NCBI GenBank assembly: GCA_025594325.1
Contig: JANHCV010000001.1
Location: forward strand, 1,550,001 to 1,614,000
Reading direction: 5' to 3'
Origin: Blastocladiella emersonii ATCC 22665
Lineage: Eukaryota > Fungi > Blastocladiomycota
Length of the DNA: 64,000 bases
Shown here: positions 57,405-64,000 of the stretch, piece after piece
Numbering within the stretch: the first letter of the stretch is position 1
Layout of the letters: every line of letters starts with the position of its first letter
The notes under the pieces: generated by a model
Databases searched by the model: none
What the model saw: the letters and a program-made list of their open reading frames with translations, nothing else
Told to the model about the DNA's origin: nothing
Program-made: the position numbers and the translations under genes

Positions 57405-60400
57405 CTACACTGCAGGCACCACGCCCGCGACCACGCGCGCGACGAGCCGCCCGATCCCGGCCACGTCGCACCCAACGACCACGACGCCCGCGACCGCAAG
57501 GTACACTACCGCCGACGCTCCGGCGAGCGCCACGACGGCCGCGCGCGGGACGGGCGGGACGCGTTCCGCGGCGTGCCCCTCGCCGCCATGCCGCTTCTTG
57601 TCGCCGCACGTCGGACACCCCCACAGGAGCATGTGGTACGTATGCCAGTGATCCCCTTGCGCGCGCATCGCCGCCGAGACGGGGACGACGAACAGCGCCG
57701 TGACGAGGTGGACACACGTCGCCGCGACGCCGCGCGCCACGCCCTCGACGAGCACCTTGGCCGCGGTCCCGCGCACCGCGCCGTGCACCAGCGCGTCGCG
57801 CACCGAGTGCGTCGCGGTCCACGTGCCCGCCCACCACGCGTCCGCGTCGCCCGGGCTGCCCGTCTCGCGCGAGCCCAGGGAGATAAGTTGGGTCAGCGTG
57901 CGCGACATGGCCGCGTACGTCTGCGCCGCGACCAGGACCGCGACGAGCGGTGCGTCGGCCGCGGTGCCGGCTGCCGCAGCGAGCGCCGCGGCGGCCGTCC
58001 AGCTGAGGAACACGGCGACCGCGCACAGGACGTGGACGACAGGTGCGGCGATCCGGCTCGCTCGCGGACACCGCAGCAGCGTCCCGACGATGAGGACCCA
58101 CGGGATCGCCGCGACGTGCGCGGCCATTGCGACGGGCCACGGGGCGAGCGCGGCGCCGACGACCGCCAGCGTCGCGCGCATCGGGACCGTCGCCGACAGC
58201 CGCCACACGAGGACCGCAAGGAGCAGCCACGCCGCGAGCACGGACCGGACGCGGACGGTCCAGGGGACGGCGAACGCGGTACGGTGGCCGGTCGCGAGGG
58301 ACCGCGCGGGGACGTGCGCGGTCGCGTACCACGCGCCGGGCCCGGTGCCGAACAGCCACGCGACCGTGTCCCAGTAGTCGCGGGCGACGCGGCGCGGGTC
58401 GAACATGTGCGGGTTGAACGCCATGGGCGCCACGACGAGGCTGAAGGCGATGGCAACGACGAAGGCCATGGGCGCGGCCGCGTCGGCGGGGAGCCGCGCC
58501 GCGGCCGCCACGACGAGCGTGCACAGGAACAGGCCGAGGTCCGTGGCGACGCCGTGGTAGGCCGCCCACCACTCGCGCATCGGCGTGCGCGCCGTGGCGA
58601 CGCGCCGCCCCGTCGCCGCGTACCGCGCGAGTTTCCCGCGCAGCCCCTGCACCAGCGTGTGCGCGTACACCTGGGCGACCATGGTCTCGAACACGGGCGC
58701 GAGCGAGACCACCTGGTGCACGAGGCGGCGGACCGCGGGGACCACGCCGTGCTCGGTCACGAGCTGCAGGAGGAACGGCAGGTACGACACAAAGTAGACG
58801 GTGAAGGCGAGCAGCGACTGGCGCAGCCACGCGACGAGGAGCGCGTGGTCGCGGCCGGCGACGGCCGGGCACATGCGCGAGGCGGGCGGGTCGCGCGCGC
58901 ACGCGGCGTCGGTCGGAAAGTACCACGCGAGCAGGCACGCGGCGAGCGCGAACACGCGGATCGCGACCATGGACAGCACGTTGTTGAGGTGGAACCCCGG
59001 GTGCGCGTAGTAGAAGGTCAGCAGCCAGTCGACGGGCAGCTGCGTCCCGAGGTAGTAGTGCTCGCGCGAAATCAGCTGCTCGGCCATGCCGCCGCCAATC
59101 TTGCCCGTGAACTGCAGGATCGACGCGAACCCGAGGTCGCGGCCCTTGCCGCACTGCACGTACTCGTGGTGCGCGATCCGACCCCCGCGCATCGTCGCCG
59201 TCATCCCCGCGTAGATGTCCTCGTTCAGGTGCAGACCGCGCTGCGCCTTGGCGATCCCGCCGCGCGTCGACATGAACACGAAGTGGAGGTAGTCGGGGTG
59301 GCCGTAGTGCTACGCGTTTGGGGGACGTGGCCGCGGTCAGCCTTGTCGGATCATGGCCATGGTCGCGAGAGAAAGAAAGACCGTACCATGCGCGACTGCA
59401 GCCGCGCCATGACGCGCTGCGTGAGCGTCCCAAACGTGTACTCCTTGCCAGCGGCAATGTTGCCGAGCAGGCCGACCGACTCGGAGAAGATGAACTCGCG
59501 GGCGCCGACGATGGCGAGCGGCGACTCGGTGGCGGCCGCGCTCGCCGCCGAGTGCCGCGCAAACTCGGCCAGCGCCGACCGCAGCTTGAGCGCCTCCTCG
59601 AGGTAGTGGTCCTGGTTCGCGTCCATGAGCTGCACCACTTCGCCGCGCTGGTAGATGAGCGCCGTGTTCTGGTTGTCCGACTTGCCGTCGCCCAAGATCG
59701 GCGGGCCCGGCAGCTCGATGCGGTACAGCTCGCGCACGTCGTCGCCCTCGTCGCCGTCGACGCCGGCCTTCTCGCCGAGCCCCTCGCCCAGCGGCGCGAA
59801 CGGGTCGTGGTGGCCAAGGAGCACCGAGTAGTACCGCGGCGGCGCGCTGCCGACCTCGGTCCCGCTGCCACCCGCCTGCACGTCAATGTACGCGATCCGC
59901 AGCCCGCGCTTCGTGTACGCGCGCGTGAGCACCGCGAGATCCGCGCGTTCCTCGGGCGACATGCGTGCGTACTGCTGCATGGCGACGACGAGCCCGAACT
60001 TGGTATCGACGAGCCGCTTGACGTCCTCGTCGACGGGCGGCGCCGCGTCTGGCCCGAGGTCGCCGCCGGCGGCGTGGTGGTCCGGGACCGCGGCGCGGAA
60101 CGCGCGGTGCGCTGCCTCGGGGGAGGCCTCGAGCGACGCCAGCAGCTCGAGCGCCTCGCGGTACTGCATGATCCCGGCCACGGTCCGGTACAGCGTCTGC
60201 GTCCGCGCACTCGCCCACAGACGCGTGCGCAGGACCGCCGCCGGGTGCGCCGCCTGGTACCCGAGCGTCCGGTGCACGCGCCCGCGCACGAGCGAGCCCG
60301 CGGAACGGCTGAGCGCGGCGGCGGCGGCGGGCGGGAGCCGCGTCAGTGGGGTGCGGCACGAGGCCGATGACGAGCCCGCACCGCCGCCGACACCGGTACT

Positions 60401-63143
60401 GGCGCCTGCGAGACTCGCGACGCCGTCCTCGTCCGCGAACAGGCCGGCACCGGCACCCACACCGCCGTCAGCGTCAGGCTCGGTCTCGGCCGCGAGGTGC
60501 GCGGCGGCGAGAAACTGGTCCCAGTCGTCGGGGTACAGCGCCTGGAGGTACTGGAGCTGCATGATGCCGCCCTCGCGCACGAGGTCGCGCACCGACAGCA
60601 GCACCGTCTCGGCGTAGTGCGGGACGAGGACCGTGAAGGCGGGCGTGGCGCGGACCGTCATGGGCGCCGGGATCGTGCGCATCGACAGCGACCGCGCAAA
60701 GAACCGCAGTCGCCGGTCCGCCTCCGAGTCCGGGAGCACCGCGCTGCGGTCCTCGTGCGTGATGAAGTAGTTGGGCGGGACGAGGACTGCGGCGGCGGGC
60801 GCGTCGGCGGTGGTGGCACCGCCGGGACCGGGCGCCACGACGGACGAAGACGACGACGAGCTCGGGAACGCGTCGTCGGGCGCGACGGTGATGGCGACGG
60901 CGCCGGCGGCGTGGACGCGGCGCGTGGTGCGGTACAGCATGGCGAGGTACTGTTCGCGCGACAGGTGGTAGCCGCGGTACAGCGAGTCGACGACGCGGTT
61001 CCACACAGTGGCGACGGCGGCCATGTCGGGGACGTGCACGGCGCCCGTGTCGAGGACCTTGGCGTGGATGCGGTCGGGCAGCCGCGAGAAGATCCCCTGC
61101 CACGGCCGGAACAGCGACGCGCCGTCGACCACCGACAGCGAGAACCCGACGAGCGACGTGGCGATCGTGTACCACAGGTACGTATCGAGGTGGAAGAAGA
61201 TGTACGCGAGCCCGACGAGCACCGCGGCCACGAACGGGCCGTACGCCTGGCACGCGAGGACCGACGCCACGGCGCCGAGCGGAGCACCCGTCGCCTTGGT
61301 CGCGGCGCGCGCTGCTGCGTCGTCAATGTGGCACGCGTTCTGCAGCACGATGCGCACCGGCTCGCCGAGCGGCAGGATCAGAAAGTAGTAGCCCGTGAGC
61401 AGCTTGAGCGCGAGGATCCCGATCCACAGCGCGCGCGCGAGCCGCCGGTCGCTCCACGACCGCGCGGGGAACTGCGCCGTGAACGACGGGTTGGCGTGGT
61501 TGAGCTGCGCGCCCGACACGAAAAAGACGGGCCGCGTCGCGAGCGCCCAGCACGTGCGCCACGACAGGTACACCTGGGCGAGCCCGAGCGCGTACCGGAG
61601 CAGGCCCGACGCCCCGAGCACGGCGCCGAGCCCGCGCTGGAGCGGGGTCAGCACGGGCGGGGCAACGAGGATCCCGAACAGCAGCGGGATGATCAGGTTG
61701 ACGAGGCCGAGCGCCGACACGAGCGTGGCCTTGCGGATGGCGCGGCTGATGGCAGTCGCCGACCACGGCAGGAACTTGAGCTCGAGGAACGCGACGAGGA
61801 ACTGCAGGCCCGCGGCGAACAGGCCGCCGAGGCCGAAGAGCGCGAGGCGCAGCTCACCGCGGCCGAGTGACGGCGCGAACTTGGAGAACACGGGCGGCGG
61901 GCCGCCCTTGTCGCCGGGGAAGTAGGCGTCGAGGACGACGGGCGGGAGCAGCGTGATGAAGGCGCCGAGGTGCAGCGTCCACACGCGGGCAAAGTTGACG
62001 AGGACGTGCTGGAAGGTGCGCTTCTCGAGGAACGTCTTGCACGCGTACTTTTCCCAGGGCACCTGTTGCGGGCGCGGAAGCGGAAGCGTGTCAGCTTGGT
62101 CGCGGTGAAGTGAGAGCGGCAGAGACGTACGTCGGCGAGTTGCGAGTACCAAGTGTGCGGGGCGCACTCGAGGAGCGCAACGTCCTTGCGCGTCTTTAGG
62201 CGCTGGGTGATTGAGGTTCGTGTCAGTTCTGCACCGACAACGCGCGCGCGCGAGGTGAGACAGGAAGCGTACACGTAGCCAGTCGCCGTTCTGAAAGCAC
62301 TCGTTCCAGTCGTCGTAGCCGACAATGTCCTCGTGGTCGCGGTGGCGCGCGCGCGTGGCCGGAGCCGCGCTGGTCGTCGCCGCGGCGCGCGGCTGGTCGC
62401 GGGCCTTGGGGTCCTTGAAGGACGCGTTGCGCAGGACGAGGTAGGTCGGGCGCACGACGTCGGCGAGAAAGGACGGGCGGCCGCCGGCGGCGTCGGGCGA
62501 GGGCGACGCGTCGCCGTGGAGCAGGTCGAGGAGCGCGGCGTGGAAGGTGAAGGCGAGGAACTCGGGGCAGAAGCGCAGGTTCGCGGCCTCGCCCCAGATC
62601 GACAGCCACAGCAGCACCTGGGCGAGCAGGCGCGTCGACGACTGGGTCTCGGGCTGCAGGCTGGCGAGGTGCGCCTCGGCGCGGGTAGTAGGCGTTAACG
62701 CGGGCGCTCCGTCGTCACCGGGTGGCGCAGCAGCAGCGGGCGCGGTGGGTGCGGAAGAGGCCTGCGAGAAGAGGGCCGCAGCAACGGACGGCGAGCGGAC
62801 CCACTGGGCGTAGTTGGCGTGCGGGCCCGAGACGTACTCGCGGTGCACGTCGGCGAGCGCGGCGGCGTCTGAAACCGCGCGCGAGCTGCGCGAGAGCAGG
62901 ATGCTCGTGATGAGGGCGACCTGATGGCAAGGAAGGTGAGTGATCTGTCGGCCACCACGCGATGATGCATGAGCGGCGAGCACGCACCTGGTTGGCGACG
63001 CTGGCGGGCTGGAAGCCGAAGCGCTGGACGAGGTAGGCGGCGAGGTCGCGCAGCTCTTCTCGCCAGTCCATGGCGGGCGTGGCCGAGCCCGTGTGGCCGC
63101 CAAGGCCGCTGTCGACGTCGTTGCGGGACGGCGGGGCCGTCAT
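57405..63143 (-). CDS. FKS1: 1,3-beta-glucan synthase catalytic subunit (FKS, GT48). Five exons.
   Basis: WGEAANLRFCPEFL, RRLRFFARSL, LWASARTQTLYRTV, PILGDGKSDNQN, DANQDHYLEE, GAREFIFS, HYGHPD, LHLNEDIYAG, EYVQCGKGRDLGF. Introns 62987-62921, two in ~62272-62064, and ~59387-59310. Confidence 0.96.
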
Positions 63144-64000
63144 GGTGTATGGGCGCGGCGGCGGGATAGTGTATGCGGGCCAGCGGCGCGCGTGGGGTAT
63201 AGAGCAAGGGAGCAGGTGGCGGTCGAGCGAGGGCGTGCGAAAGTGTGCGATGCTGCCGGGCAGCAGGGGGGCGGCGACGGCGTCGAGGGGGGCGGCGACG
63301 GCGTCGAGGGGGCCGTCGTTCGTGACGGCGAGCCGAGCGGGCGGGGAGCGGCGGGAGCGCGGGCACCCCGCCGTCGCGCGCGCCGTGGTCGCTCGGGCAG
63401 GGCCGCGTGTGTGTCACCGGCATGCCGGCGCGCCGTGTCTCATGCCCACCCACGCGCGATCATGGCGGCGAGACCGGGTCGCGGCCTGGGCCAGGGTGAG
63501 ACCTTGGCGGCGACATGGGTCACGTCGTTGCCCCGAGCGATCGGCGGGGCACGTCGAGGAACACGTTGCGGCGCGGCGCGCGCCTGGTCGCGCGAGGCCA
63601 CCGATGCCGCTGCTGTCGTCGCCGAATGTCTCACGGCGTGTCTCGCGGCGCGAGGGCGCGATCACGCGCGGCGCTTGCAGGTCGAGCCGGCGGGTGAAAT
63701 GCATCAAGTTGGGAGGTGCATGAAAGCGTCTGGAAGAGGCAAGTCGGAGCGTGAAATGGAGCGAAGCGGTCGGGCGGTGTGAATGCGCGAGCCGGGTCGC
63801 GGCGACGGCAGGTGGGCCAACAAAACGCGACCCCACACGACGCGATGCGCCACACGCCCGTGTGCTCACCTGCCTGATCGCCGCGTCGCCGCAAGTCGCG
63901 TTGGTCGGTGGCCAGCGACGGGCGCTTGCCGGCGTGGGACGGAACTTGGACGCTAGCCTCTCGCTCTCACGTACTTGTGTAGTTGGCTGCCGATGAGGGA

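Noticed and set aside
57387-60210. 739-aa and 936-aa plus-strand ORFs over FKS
   Set aside because: Antisense shadows of the FKS CDS with Arg/Ala-rich nonsense composition.
1-64000. Bacterial (e.g. actinobacterial) origin suggested by the high GC content
   Set aside because: Spliceosomal introns in most genes and eukaryote-specific genes (TFIIF, Elongator ELP1, TRAPP, SNX4, eL43, FKS) show this is a eukaryote.

Overview
This is gene-dense, GC-rich eukaryotic DNA with short GT-AG introns (donors such as GTACGC and GTGCGT, branch sites like CTAAC or CTGAC). It most likely comes from an early-diverging zoosporic fungus (Blastocladiomycota-like); that assignment is inference from gene content and intron style. 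About 21 spliced protein-coding genes can be modelled by hand. Recognisable ones are a Num1/Mcp5-like PH protein, RPL43, a HAL-family kinase, TRAPPC2L, ELP1, TFG1, ERI1, BNA1, TPC1, SNX4, a subtilisin and an FKS beta-1,3-glucan synthase. I found no rRNA, tRNA, CRISPR array or transposase. The main structural anomaly is a 5,565-bp palindrome at 12723-18287, with two apparently identical 2,704-bp arms and a 157-bp spacer. It duplicates RPL43, a decaying ankyrin-like/LRR gene and a diverged fragment of the WD40 gene that lies about 20 kb downstream. Other highlights are an FKS whose hot spot 1 naturally carries three substitutions equivalent to clinical echinocandin-resistance alleles, a DusA-like protein with degenerate catalytic motifs, an orphan 7TM receptor with an ERF motif, and three coiled-coil genes with motifs resembling Num1, Rab11-FIP3/Nuf and HMMR. 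Alignments to known proteins were made by eye from recalled sequences and need confirmation by HMM or structure search.
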